NCBI RefSeq assembly: GCF_009914755.1
Contig: NC_060936.1
Length of the DNA: 64,000 nucleotides
Strand: one strand, 5' to 3'
Source: the human T2T-CHM13v2.0 reference genome, Homo sapiens
Program-made: the position numbers and the translations under genes
The notes under the pieces: generated by a model
The model's database searches: none
Told to the model about the DNA's origin: nothing
The model's input: the letters and a program-made list of their open reading frames with translations, nothing else
Part shown: positions 27,283 to 42,829 of the stretch, piece by piece
Layout of the letters: each line of letters opens with the position of its first letter
How positions within the stretch are numbered: position 1 is the stretch's first letter

Positions 27283-27612
27283 CTGAGCCAATAGCAGTGT
27301 TGGAATGAGAGAAAGAGCATCAGTGTGGGTGATAGAGGTGTGTGCTAGCGGACAACTAGCAAGAGCAACGCCTGTGTGGTTCTCTCCCTCCCTCTCTCTC
27401 CTCCCTGTAACCCTTGGCGGCCAGAAAAGTGCAGGCTCTCTACTTGAATCTTGCTGTCTGGGACTCCTTATGGAAAACTCTAACCTCAAGAATCTAGTTA
27501 TGAGGCTAAATATGCTTATCTTGATATGCTAAAAAATAAGAGTTGGGGAGAATATTAAGGAAATTTTAAAATCTTCTCTCAAAATGATAATCTGTTTTAC
27601 CAGGCTATTGTC

Positions 27613-27921
<309 letters not shown>

Positions 27922-28099
27922 TGATGCATAAATTCTACTTTCAATGTCAAATATGAAAAATAATATTTTCATTATTTTTCTTTTGTAACACTGCTAATTT
28001 CCTTTCCCCATCTCTAGTAGTACTGGGGTAAAGTTTTTACACCTGAAAAGTCACAAGAGGAAAGTACATTAATTATTTTAAAATTATTACCATTGTCAC

Positions 28100-28335
28100 A
28101 ACAGGTACCATTTATAATGTGCTTATTATATCACGCCGAGCATTGTGATAACTGTTTTATGTTCATTTAATCTTTTTAACAACACTATGAAAGAAATATT
28201 AAACCTGTAGTTTTTTAGTGATAACAGATTCAGTGGGATTAAGTACTTCACCCCAGAATAAATTTAGCTAGAATATCACTGCTATTGGTACATATGACTA
28301 ACCTGAAAACCCATTCTCCAAATCACTGTGATATT
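28100..28335 (-). mobile_element. MIR fragment
   Basis: Degenerate core catttaatc...acaacactatga...cagattcagtgggattaagtacttc. Confidence 0.55.
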
Positions 28336-29164
28336 CTTCCTAGAAGTGTTTGTGCAAGAATGTGTGTGTATGCATGTATAAGTAAAATGTCCTGAGTAAT
28401 AAATCTTTAAATGTCAGATGTTTATATCTGCTGTTTATTGTCCTAAGCTTTTTTTATTCTCTTCCAGTTCTAAAAATATTATTTGCGTCTTTGGAGCTTT
28501 CCAGAACCCTAGACATAATACCTAGTGGGATATTAAAACTTAAAGCAGAATATAGGCCCCATAAGTGCAGTAGAAGAACAAAGCTACGGAAGCTGAGAGG
28601 AAGGAAGCCACATCTGGCAGACAGATCAGTAACGATTACTAGGGACAGTCGCCTTTGACAAGGGCCAATTTGAAGATAGAAAGGCTTTTCACAGAAAAAG
28701 TGTGGGTGGGCTGTGAAGTCTGAAAAGAGTGGGGCTATAGGAAAAAGATTTTAGGCCTGCAGGACAGTGCATAAGAAGTTTCAGCCACAACAATCTTGGT
28801 TGAAGATAGAATAGGTGCAGCAGTAGTGAGGTTAAAAAGTCCACCTGGGCCTCTGCCGTGGAAAGTGCTGAATGTCTGAGTGAGGGATCTGCTCCCATTC
28901 TGGGGTATAATCACATGGGGTCACAAATTCTCTTCTCCACAGAGGCTGGGTAGGAAATGGAAGAGAGTAAATAGTGCTAAATGTATGATGAAGACATATA
29001 CAAGTTTTTCCATATTATATAGTTAGAAATGGTCTGCATTCCCATAAGCAAATATGTAGCCTTCTCAGGTTTTCATTTTCTTATGTTTGAAAAACAGACA
29101 AGGTTAGAGAAATATTTCTCCACTCTAAGAAAAACAACAGCACAAGAGTAACATAAATAACAAC

Positions 29165-29458
29165 TTATGCTTGGCTCCAGCAGGGAGATAACAGGGAGTG
29201 TTGGGGACTCTGGCAAACTGGAGAGTATTTACTTTGTTTATAGGGAGCAGCCAATACTCAGCTGTTTACTGTCTCATGAAAGCCTAGGTCACTGTTTGCA
29301 GATCTTTTAGTTTTTATGAGAAATCAGATTTATATATAAAATCCCTTAACTATTTAACAAATGGGTAAAAATTTTGTTTTAAAACTGAGAAACCCAAACA
29401 AACAAAACATATATTCCATCGAAATTAGAACCATAGGTGGCTCATTTGCAACCTTTGC
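29165..29458 (+). mobile_element. hAT-Charlie DNA transposon remnant (MER102-like)
   Basis: Motif gggactctggcaaactggagag...gcagcc..tactcagct and terminal tttgcaacctttg. Confidence 0.55.
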
Positions 29459-29985
29459 CTAGAACGTCATTCAGGCTTTTTTTTGATAGAATAAAAGGTG
29501 AGAATTTACTTTGGGAATGTTATCTAGATGCTGTGTGTAAAGCGAATGAAAGCAAAAGGGGAACTTGGAAGCAGGCAACTCAGTCAGGATAGGCAAAAAT
29601 CTTGGCTTGAACTGACTAGGTAGCCAAGGAAATGAAAGGTATTTTCAGGTGTAGGACTATGAAGAAAGAAAGTCTGGGATGCGGCAGCAGGATGGAGGGT
29701 ATATAAAACAAACAAACAACAACAACCATCAAAAAAAGTGGAGTGATTGCTTACAGAAATAATAAACTCAGGAAGGAAGTTATTTTTCTTTCTCCCATTG
29801 CTTTGGCACCAGAGATAGGTATGATGATGACTTTGAGGTCAGGATAAAACAGATTCCAGAACAGGAAATGTTAAGCAACAGGAATCACAACTGGTAGAAT
29901 GAAATCACTGGTGACATGAACAAAGAAGTCATAAGTAGAGATGGAGTGTAGATGTCAGTGAGCTTGGAGCTTCATTGTGGTGCTA

Positions 29986-30585
29986 TTTTTTTCTTTATAT
30001 ATATATATTTATTATACTTTAAGTTCTAGGGTACATGTGCACAACGTGCAGGTTTGTTACATATGTATACATGTGCCATGTTGATGTGCTGCACCCATTA
30101 ACTCGTCATTTACATTAGGTATATCTCCTAATGCTATCCCTCCCCCCTCCCCCCACCCCACAACAGGCCCCGGTGTGTGATGTTCCCCTTCCTGTGTCCG
30201 GAGTGTTCTCATTGTTCACTTCCCACCTATGAGTGAGAACATGCGGTGTTTGGTTTTTTGTCCTTGTGATAGTTTGCTGAGAATGATGGTTTCCAGCTTC
30301 ATCCATGTCCCTACAAAGGACATGAACTCATCCTTTTTTATGGCTGTATAGTATTCCATGGTGTATATGTGCCACATTTTCTTAATTCAGTCTATCATTG
30401 TTGGACATTTGGGTTGGTTCCAAGTCTTTGCTATTGTGAATAGTGCTGCAATAAACATACGTGTGCATGTGTCTTTATAGCAGCATGATTTATAATCCTT
30501 TGGGTATATACCTGGGAATAGGATTGCTGGGTCAAATAGTATTTCTAGTTCTAGATCCTTGAGGAATCACCACACTGTCTTCCAC
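29986..30585 (-). mobile_element. 5'-truncated L1PA5-like 3' end
   Basis: Reverse-complement L1 3'UTR (ttattatactttaagttctagggtac) and ORF2 end. Confidence 0.92.
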
Positions 30586-30699
30586 TTTTTAAGACAAGTT
30601 GATTTTTCATTTGAAATTCTTTCCATTGGAGCAACGCTGTCAGGCCAGAGCTGGAAAATACTCTTTCAGCATTTTATTCAGCACTTAAAATGGGCCAGA

Positions 30700-30990
30700 T
30701 ATTATTCTGGCTAAGGGAAATATACCCTGAATGAGATTGAAATGTGTATGTTTTTATGGAGAGAATTTTAGCTCACAGGATGAGAATTATTTTTAATTGA
30801 CAAATTAACAAGAAAATATCAAGTAGCAATAAGTACAATACAAAAAACAAAACGAGGGTGATACAGTATGGAATAATTGGGGGATGCTACTTTAATTTGG
30901 GTGGTCATGGAAAGCTTCTCTGATGAGGGGCTGGTCTTTATTTTCTGTATTCAAAGGGTGATCCTCTAGAATCTTAAGCATGTCTTGTTG
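30700..30990 (-). mobile_element. L2 fragment
   Basis: gggtggtcatggaaagcttctctgatgagg motif. Confidence 0.5.
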
Positions 30991-30999
30991 TATGAAATA

Positions 31000-31970
<971 letters not shown>

Positions 31971-32704
31971 TTGAAGAAAATATTTACATAATTAAAGCCC
32001 AACAATCAGAAGATGACCGTAACACTCCATGTGATGTGTGTCATGTGTTCACTATAAAGTGGGTCTTGAAAATTATTACTGAAATTATCTGATAAATCAT
32101 TTTTTATCAACTGTTCGAAGTCTTTTTCATTAGAAATGCGATCAGTAGTTTTTTTATTAATGTAAAATCTATTGGAGATATCATGTAATCATTTTGGTGT
32201 CTTTCTTGCTAAAGTTATTGCTTTTTAATGTTTTTCTTCTCAGTGGCTCTGCCCTTATTTTCTCCGCCCTCACTGCCTGCCACTTCCTCCTCCTCTCCTC
32301 TGTCCTTTTCAGTGTGTTACTTCCTCTCAGCCATAAAAATATACTACATCAAAAGGCAAATGAACCAAAGCATTACCGACTTTAAATATCAGGGCTTTAT
32401 TTCCTCATTTAGCTGCTGATTCCGACACACTTTATGCAGATGAGGCTCAGATTGGGGAACTATCTTATACCTGGATTGTGGGTGTTTTTCTGTAGTTCAG
32501 AAGATTAATTGCTTTTCTTCTTTTAAGTTTCACACAGGTTTTGGTCCATAGTTACCAAGGAGCTTAGCGATGAATAAATAGGTGTACTGTAGAGATTGTT
32601 ATGGGAGGAGTTATTAGGGTTTTTCCATCAAGTAGGTCTTGTTTATTGATTCAGCTCAGTTTATACACCATGCTCACAGGTACATATGAATTCTGAAAGG
32701 TTGC

Positions 32705-33546
32705 TGTGATGGTTAATTTTTTTTTCTTTTTTTGAGACAAAGTCTCACTCTGACGCCCAGGCCGGAGTGCAGTGGTGCGATCTCAGCTCACTGCAGCCTC
32801 TGCCTCCTGGGTTAAAGCTATTCTCCTGTCTCAGCGTCCCAAGTAGCTAGGATCACAGGTGCCCACCAACACACCCAGCTAATTTTTGTATTTTTAGTAG
32901 AGCTGGGGTTTTGCCATATTGGCCAGGCTGGTCTCGAATTCCTGACCTCAAGTGATCCTCCTGCCTCGGCCTCCCAAAGTGCTGGGATTATAGGTGTGAC
33001 CCACCACATCTGGCCAATGGTTAATATTGAGTGTCAATTTATGATACTTTGGACTTGGACTTTCAGGTTAATGCTGTAATGAGTTAAGACCTTGGGGGAC
33101 TGCTGGAAAGGCATCGTCGTATTTTGAAATGTGAGCACATGCGATTTGGGAGGGGACAGGGATGAAATGATATGGTTTGGCTCTGTCCCCACCCAAATAT
33201 CATCTTGAATTGTTATTCCCATTATTCCTACATGTTGTGGGAGAGGCCTGGTGGAAGGTAATTGAATCATGGGGGTGGTTATTCCCCTGCTTCTGTTCTG
33301 GTAATAATAAGTGAGTTCTCAGGAGATCTGATGGTTTTATAAAGGGCTTTTCTCCCTTTTGCCAGGCACTTCTCCTTGCTGCCGCTGTGTAAAAAAGAAT
33401 GTGTTTGCTTCCCCTTCTGCCATGATTGTAAGTTTCCTGAGGCCTCCCAAGCCATGCTGAACTGTGAGTCAATTACACCTCTTCCCTTTATAAATTACCC
33501 AGTCTTTGGTATTTCTTTATAAGCAGTGTGAGGATACACTAATACA
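32705..33546 (+). mobile_element. Composite LTR element: MLT2-like LTR start, THE1-internal 3' end and THE1 LTR (33168-33546)
   Basis: tgtgatggttaat..attgagtgtcaa start, THE1-int PPT region, tgatatggtttggctc...ctaataca. Single TSD GTTGC at 32700-32704 and 33547-33551. Confidence 0.75.
32718..33015 (-). mobile_element. AluS inserted 13 bp into the LTR
   Basis: TSD ATGGTTAAT at 32709-32717 and 33017-33025. Confidence 0.94.
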
Positions 33547-35333
33547 GTTGCTAAAAGTAGCACTAATACCAAGTGAAGTCAGTGTTAATTGAAGTACCAA
33601 AGATGCAAACTTTCACTTTTTTCTCATGAACCTTGGAAGGGTGACCTATGAAAAGCTAAGACGATTTGGGATCAACTATCGGATAAAATCATTGGTGCAA
33701 ACAAGAACTCAAAGGTTGGTGCAAACAAGAACTCAGAGGAATCTGACAAATCAAGAACTCAGAAAGAAAAGAAAATTTAATCAATAAGAGCAATTTCTTT
33801 CCTCTTCCCTCCACCCATAACCCTTACAATACTTGATTGTTCCGAATGAATTGGAAAGGTTCCAGTGAACAATTTACAGGGGTAGAATTAAACTTTTAGC
33901 TCAGTTCCTTTCTTCTTAAGACCTAACCACTGATCCCAGTATACAGTTTTCTAAATGAAAAAGAAGATTACTCTACAATGGAGAATAATGTCTTTGGAAG
34001 ATACAAAATCCTATCACAGAAGGTTTATAAAATATTATTTGATAATAAAGTTAGAACTCATAAAAATGACCTCTTGAGATTTCCACAGATATTATACTTC
34101 TGCCATCCTTTGAAGGCTTAGTGAATTGACACAGTAACAAGATGAATAAGAAAATTCAGAATGAAGAGTGTATTTTATTTAAATTAGAGGAATTCCATTT
34201 TAAATATAGTCTGTATATTCAGGCCACCTAAACTGAGGATACAAATAACCTCCTTTTGATAGTTTCTGAGGGTTTCCATGGCATGATCCCAAGCAGTCAT
34301 GACTAATTCAGCTCACCTACCTCCAAAGTCTACCAGATACATCATCTCATGGGCAGTCCAATTTTCCCTCACCAGCCGCGTGTATGCCCTGCAATACACT
34401 TTGCAATTACCACTACAGATGATTGTTCTGAGGCCACAGATGTGACAGAGGACAGCTTGGGGAAAATTCTCATTCACCCAACCTGCCTCTCCACCCAGTT
34501 CCCTACAATACTGTAAAAGCCACTCTTTTGGCTTAGCATGATGTGGGAAGATTATTAGCAAGTACTGAATGATACACATGGAAATTAAATATGATACTCA
34601 TAGTTTTCATCCCTAGTATTGATGACTAGGTTGACTTAGACCAACTTCCCTATTGAAAACAATAAAAAATAGACAAATTTTTAAAAAATCCATTTGAAGA
34701 CATAAGAAATGGTGAGAATTTTAAAGGTGAAAGTCTAGAAGAAGAGAGAATAAGAGATGAACAGAGCATTTGAGTTGAAATTTTACTTCAATTTACTTGG
34801 TAATTTCAAAAGCAAAAAGCATAGCTGAAAACCTAAAAATTAGGCAGAACTTCTGCAGTCTCAGGAGAGTTAAAGAACAAAAATGGCAGGTTAGGACTCT
34901 TCAAGGAGGAGGGGCTTTTGGTAAAGATCCCTGACATAGAAATAAGGGTGACCTGGAAGTAGAATATACTCACAGAGACTGAAGTCTTTATATCAACTAA
35001 GTCTTTAAAAAATTTAAGGTGACCCACCTCTATCCTAACCTTCTGTCAAAGCAAAATAAATTATTCAGGAAGGAAGATACAATAATTAAGAGCACCCAGT
35101 TATCTTGAAGGTTTTTAATATGCAATTTCCTGCACTCAATCCAAAATTGACATATTAAAAATTTTGAGTCAAACGCCAGAGAAAAAGCAGACAAAAGAAT
35201 CAGATATATAGGTGATCTAAACATTAAAGTTGCCAGACACATAATTTAAATAAGTATGACAATATATTCAAGAAAATAAATGAAAGAATGAAGAATTTCA
35301 ACAAAAATTGAATATAATTTATATAAAAAACCA

Positions 35334-35630
35334 GGCCAGGTGTGGTGGCTCACGCCTGTAATCACAGCACTTTGGGAGGCTGAGGCAGGTGGATCACCTG
35401 AGGTCAGGACTTCGAGACCAGCCTGATGAACATGGGGAAACCCCGTCTCTACTAAAAACAAAAAATTAGTCAGGCGTGGTGGCGCGCGCCTGTAAACCCA
35501 GCTACTTGGGAGGCTGAGGTAGAATTTCTGGGAACCCAGGAGGCAGAGGTTGCAATGAGCCGAGATTGCACCATTGCACTCCAGCCTGGGCAACAAAAGC
35601 GAAACTCTGCCAAAAGAAAAAAAAAAAAAG
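35334..35630 (+). mobile_element. AluSp/Sq
   Basis: ccattgcactccagcctgggcaacaa. Confidence 0.93.
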
Positions 35631-37424
35631 AGAAATTTTAGAGCTTAAAATTTTTTAAATGGAATTCAGACCTCAGTGAATACATTTAAAGTCAAATCAC
35701 ACAGAGCTAAAGAAAGAATTAATAAACTGGGAGAAAGGGCAGAAGAAATTATACAAACTAAATCACAGAAACCAAAGGATGGAAATACACAGGAAAGAAC
35801 ATAAGAGATATATGCCATACAGTGAAAAGATCTAAAGTATGTAAAATTCAAATCTCAGGAGAAAAGGTTAGAAAAGATGGGCAGAGCATTTTGAAAAGCT
35901 AATAGGCAATAATTTTTCAAAGTTTATGAATGACATCAAGCTTCCAATTTAAGAAGGGCTACAGCGACAAGCAAGATAAATACAAAGAAAACTACACACA
36001 GGCACGCTGTTAAAAATTAGAGACAAATTTTTAAAAAATATTAAAAGCAGTCAGAAAAGGTGACCCACTTCTAACAGGATAAAGTAGTTCACAACAGGTC
36101 AGGGACACCAAACAAATAAACAGAAAATCCAGGTAAATTACATCAGTCATATATTTAAGAGCATCAGAGAGGGGTGAAAGCAACAATGACTTGGAGAAAA
36201 ATTTCAAAGAAGGAAAATCCTTCAGAAGGAAGTAGAAGATCTGCAACTATTCATAAAGGCATTTGCTGATTCTGGGCACTGCCAGGGTGAAAAAAATCAG
36301 GCTTGTCCCCTGAGAGAAAAATTTTCTTGAGAAACAAAGTGGTGGGGGGATAAAAAGAGATTTTCATGAAGCTAGAGTGACACAAGATTTGAGATTCTCA
36401 AAATAGATCACAGACCTAAAATGTAAAGCTAAAACTATATACATACATATATACTATAAACATACACACATATTTTTTTAATCTCAATGTAATTAATTTT
36501 TTAATTTTTATTCTATTATTCTTTGTTCTTGTTTTTAATTGACAAATAAAAATTATATATGTTTATGGGGCACAATGTGATGTTTTGATATATGTCTACA
36601 TTGTGATAAAACTATAAATATTCTAGAAGAAAACATGAGAAAATCAACCCACGCTTATGGCATGTTTTCTTAGATATCACACAAAATGCACACCATAAAA
36701 GAAGAAAAATGATAGGTTTCATTTTGTCAAAATTAAAACTTCTCTTCAAAATATACTTAAGACAATGAAAAGACAGGCACAAACGGAGAAAATATTTGCA
36801 ATCTGTACATCTAAGTATTTGTTAAACTCAGTAATAGACAAACAACCAAATAATAAACAGGCAAAACATTTGAAAAGAGACTTCACAATACAAGATATAC
36901 AAATAGCACATAAAAAGATGCTCAAAATCATTAGTTAACATAAACATGCAATTTAAACCACAATGGGATACCATTACACACCCACTAATTCTAAATTAAA
37001 AATAATCATACCAGCTGTTGGTGAGAATGCAAAGAAATTGGAACTCTCAAACATTGCTGGCAGGAATGTAAAATGGTACAACCTCTATGGAAAGCAGTTT
37101 GGAAAGTTCTTATCAAGTTAGATAGACACCTACAATATGACCTGATAACCTCATTCCTACATATTTACCTAAAAGAAATAAAATCATAAGTCAACACAAA
37201 GACTTGTTCATAAATGCTCATAAATTATTTATAACAGCCACGAATTGGAAACAAAACACCATAAAAAAGACAATGGATAAATAAATTGTGGCATAGTCAC
37301 ACAATGGGATACTACTCAGTAATAAGAAAAATAATTTGCTGGTATATGCAGCAACGTGGGTGGGTTGCAAAAGTGTTATGCAGAGAAACAGAAGCCAGGG
37401 CAGACACAATGTGTACATGCCTTA

Positions 37425-38183
<759 letters not shown>

Positions 38184-38287
38184 CCTTATGATTCCATTTA
38201 TATGAAATTCTAGCCTCCACAAATATAATCAATAGTGTCAGAAAGCAGATCAGTGTTTTTCTGGGGCAAGAATTTGGGGGGATTTAA

Positions 38288-38610
<323 letters not shown>

Positions 38611-38899
38611 AATGAGAAACTTTTTAAAGTGATGAACATAGTCTGTATCTTATAAGTGTTGTTGAAATTCATCACATTGTGTGCTTAAAATGGATCCATT
38701 TTATTGCTTTCTAATTCTACTTCGATGAAGTTTATTTCTTAAAAACTGCATCAATATATCATATTATTCATCAATCATATTGGCAGTTAATGCAAAACTT
38801 GACAACACACTCTGTTGGTGAGGCTGTGGGGAAATCAGTACTCTTACATTGCTTGGGGAATTTAAAAAAAATGGTTTAACCCCTAACAAGGGGAATCTC

Positions 38900-39780
<881 letters not shown>

Positions 39781-39784
39781 ATGG

Positions 39785-40080
39785 TTTTTTTTTTTTTTTT
39801 GACATAGTTTCACTCTGTTACTCAGAATGGAATGCAGCAGCAAAATCACAGCTCACTGCAACCTCGGCCTCACAGGTTCAAGTGCTCCTCCCACCTCAGC
39901 CTTTCCGGTAGCTAGGACTACAGGTGTGTGCCATCATGCCCAGCTAATTTTTGTATTTTTCGTAGAGACGGGATTTCACCATGTTGCTCAGGCTGGACTT
40001 GAACTCCTACGCTCAAGTGATCTTCCCGTCTTGGCCTCCCAAAGTGCTGGGATTACAGGTGTGAGCCTCTACACCCAGCC
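39785..40080 (-). mobile_element. AluJ
   Basis: Diverged Alu (ctcctcccacctcagc; gttgctcaggctgg). Confidence 0.9.
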
Positions 40081-40868
40081 TGATAGTTCTTTTAAATTAA
40101 ACATTTAAAAAATAAATGAAACAAATATTTAAATAGATCTTTCTCAACTACCAAACATACGACGGAAAGCCAAAGTGAGAAAGCAGGGTATTTTTTTGCC
40201 ATGGGCTCCTGAACAGTGTAGACCTTGGTTCTTGTAAAGAATTCATAATGGATTTATAACTTCACTTGTATAGCCTGGTTAGAAAGTGGGCAAGAGGGTG
40301 TGTGCGTGATGGTAAAGGAAGGAGGGCCACAGCTCTGCTCCTGCACCTGCTCTGCCACTTTGCCTCCCTAATTCAAAGGGCTATAAACATTCTCTTGCAA
40401 TCCTGGCAACATTTGAAAATGCACAAACCATTATATCAGCAAACGGTGTTTGTGGCCACAGTAACTTTTGAGGAAAAAAGATGTCCCAGAATTTACCTGG
40501 GAGCTGGGGTGAGCAACTTCTTTAGTCCAGAATGCCACCTGAAAGATTACGACTATATTTACAGTCACTGCCAGGTGATTATGGTCTGTAGTACCCCAAG
40601 GAAGAAGCCAAAGGAGGGAAGTCGGAAAACAGGAAGGAAGGAGAGGAGGACAAGAGGAGGAACATAGTGACTAAGATGTGGAATAAGCATGTGCCCTGGT
40701 ATTACCCAGCTGCCCCTCAAGGATATTTGCAAGAGGCAGCTGCTTCTGTTCTTACGCTGCCCACAAACTGTGGTCAGGAGGATCCCCTGAAATACACAGT
40801 CTGGTCAGTCATTAAGGATACGGTTAAATTTTTTCCAACTCAAACGAATGTCAACTGATGACCTAGGC

Positions 40869-41114
40869 CAGGGGTGTCCAATCTTTTGGCTTCCCTGGGC
40901 CACACTGGAAGAAGAAGAATTGTCTTGGGCCACAAGTAAAATACACTAACACTAGAGATAGCTGATAAGCTAAAAACAAACAAACAAAAACACACACACA
41001 CACACACAAAATAAATCTCATAATGTTTTGAGAAAGTTTATGAATTTGTGTTGGGCCACATTCAAAGCCATCCTTGGCTGCCTGCATCCCATGGGCTGTG
41101 GGTTGGACAAGCTT
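40869..41114 (+). mobile_element. MER30 (hAT) DNA transposon with internal (CA)n
   Basis: caggggtgtccaatcttttggcttccctgggccac...ggttggacaagctt. 8-bp TSD-like acctaggc/atctagac. Confidence 0.85.
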
Positions 41115-41639
41115 ATCTAGACAAAGATTCACTACTCTTTTGAATTTTTGTAATTCTTTGGTCCAGTTTTATGCCTCACTTTATTTTAACTTTTATCCAT
41201 GCTTTGTCTCCCTTACCAAATTATAAATCTCTTATAGGCTGAGTACAGAATGTAGTCATTTAATATTCCTTACAATGTTCAGCCTAACAATTCATGTTCA
41301 ATAAATGTTTGTTGAGGAAACAAAATTTAAAAACAAACAAAACAAGCTATCAATATTTTTTTTAACATGTTGTGTGTTACAGCCCCCTAGTGTACAGAAA
41401 CATCTGTCTAGAGGAGCCTGAATTAACTGGAATTTGAACAAATTGCCAAGGGAATGATCTCTGATTCACTCCTTTAATTCAAGATTCCTTTGTTTTCTTA
41501 TCAGCCTAATTTATTCTTCTGAGGGGAAGGGCCAGTTTTAGAATGTTATAACACTTCCATTCTCCATGACTGCATCCCTGACTTGTGCTTCATCCTCCTT
41601 CCAATATGCCTTTTCTTTCATCCCAATGATGGAAGATAA

Positions 41640-42800
41640 AAGTATTTGTTGATTCTAAGATACACTTTTTTCACATTTTAACATTTCTGAGATCAAACTG
41701 TATCTTACAATTGATGCTGTCACTATTACTGTTAGGTATGCAGTCTGATGACATAACCGTCATTTCCTATACATATACAAACTCTGTTACAGCACTTCTC
41801 AATCTCACATTAGTTGACTAATGGGCATTGTTTGTGTCATTTTTGTTTAATTTAACTGCCAGTTAAATATCTTTAAAAAGATATGATGAACCAACAATTA
41901 CATATACACATACATGTAGTCTATAGAATGAGTCGTAATTGGGCATTAAGACACAAAGCTATAGTATGTGTAAAATGGCAGGAAAATTATGTAGTGAGAT
42001 GTAAATTGATTATTGTAAGTTGACTATTTTTTGGAAGAATGACTACATTTCCAGATTATGCTGCAACACAACAACCAAGCTTTCTATAAGACCTAAGAAG
42101 GAAAGATACTCAGAAATGAATAAAGCTGGATTATATTTTATTGCTGAGATTCATGCAAAAATATTGCTTATTGTGTGCCATGCAATCCAACTAAAGGCAG
42201 AAAAATTTGCAATGGTACCTCCAAATAGATTAAACTTCAAAAGAATGAGATACTGATGTGAACTATTCATTCGTTATGCAAGACTATCAATAAAATGTCA
42301 ATTTGTGAGCATCTGCCTGATAATTTAGAATAGAAGCTGATTACTTTAGTGATACATGATTCATTCAGGGAAAACATGAAAATGGTAAATTAGACATCCT
42401 AGTGAAAGCCAAGGTGGAAACATTCCTCAAAGTCATATGGACAATGTTAAAGTTATTAAGAAGACCAAGATCGTGACCACAAGCTATAAAAATCAGTATA
42501 TTGCTGATAATATGCATAATTACTGAAGATCAAAAATTATTTTCACATATTTCATTTTAAGGCACAGCATGAAATCTAAGAATGAGAGCTCCAAGTATGC
42601 CAGTGCCTATAAATTTCAAAATAATTGGATGGATGAACTAATGATAGACTGGCTGAAAGTCATTTGGAATTGATACCTAAGAGCTTCATGCAACACATAC
42701 AAAAGTTTGGTTTTCAATTCATTTCATGTTCCATGTATCTTAACAGCTAAAGAAAATGCTTACCAAAATCTATATCAATGTGGAGCGTCTTGGCAATTAT
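41640..42800 (+). mobile_element. Tc2/pogo-family DNA transposon fossil (MARNA/Kanga-like) with transposase remnant
   Basis: TIR-like gtatttgttgattctaagatacac. ORF 42020-42256 (RPKKERYSEM..AIQLKAEKFA..FK) resembles a CENP-B-type HTH. NNWMDELMIDWLKVIW resembles the pogo DDE region. Confidence 0.75.
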
Positions 42801-42829
42801 AAATCCTTGCTTTTCTATATAAATTATAA

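Larger units (their letters stand above)
32150..34510 (-). other. Candidate degenerate exon cluster 2 (34510/34502-34321, 33950-33828, 33645 to ~32150 split by LTR/Alu)
   Basis: Acceptors cttctttttcatttag and cttagcttttcatag. Donors GAG|gtaggt and ATT|gtaagg. AATAAA at 32153-32158. Protein-like frames with stops. Confidence 0.3.

Noticed and set aside
33828-33950. Resemblance to a ClC channel CBS2 exon (C..EPFQ..E.SS)
   Set aside because: Requires frame mixing, and the neighbouring exon-like units show no ClC similarity.
34321-34510. AHEMMYLVDF as a decayed HExxH metalloprotease motif (astacin/ADAM)
   Set aside because: The second His is missing and no flanking domain similarity can be supported by eye.
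32150-34600. Endogenous non-retroviral viral element
   Set aside because: No recognisable viral motifs, and the presence of splice-site pairs fits exon structure better.
40266-40858. 133-aa plus-strand ORF with nearby TATA-like ctataaa
   Set aside because: Non-ATG start, no recognisable domain and no splice context.
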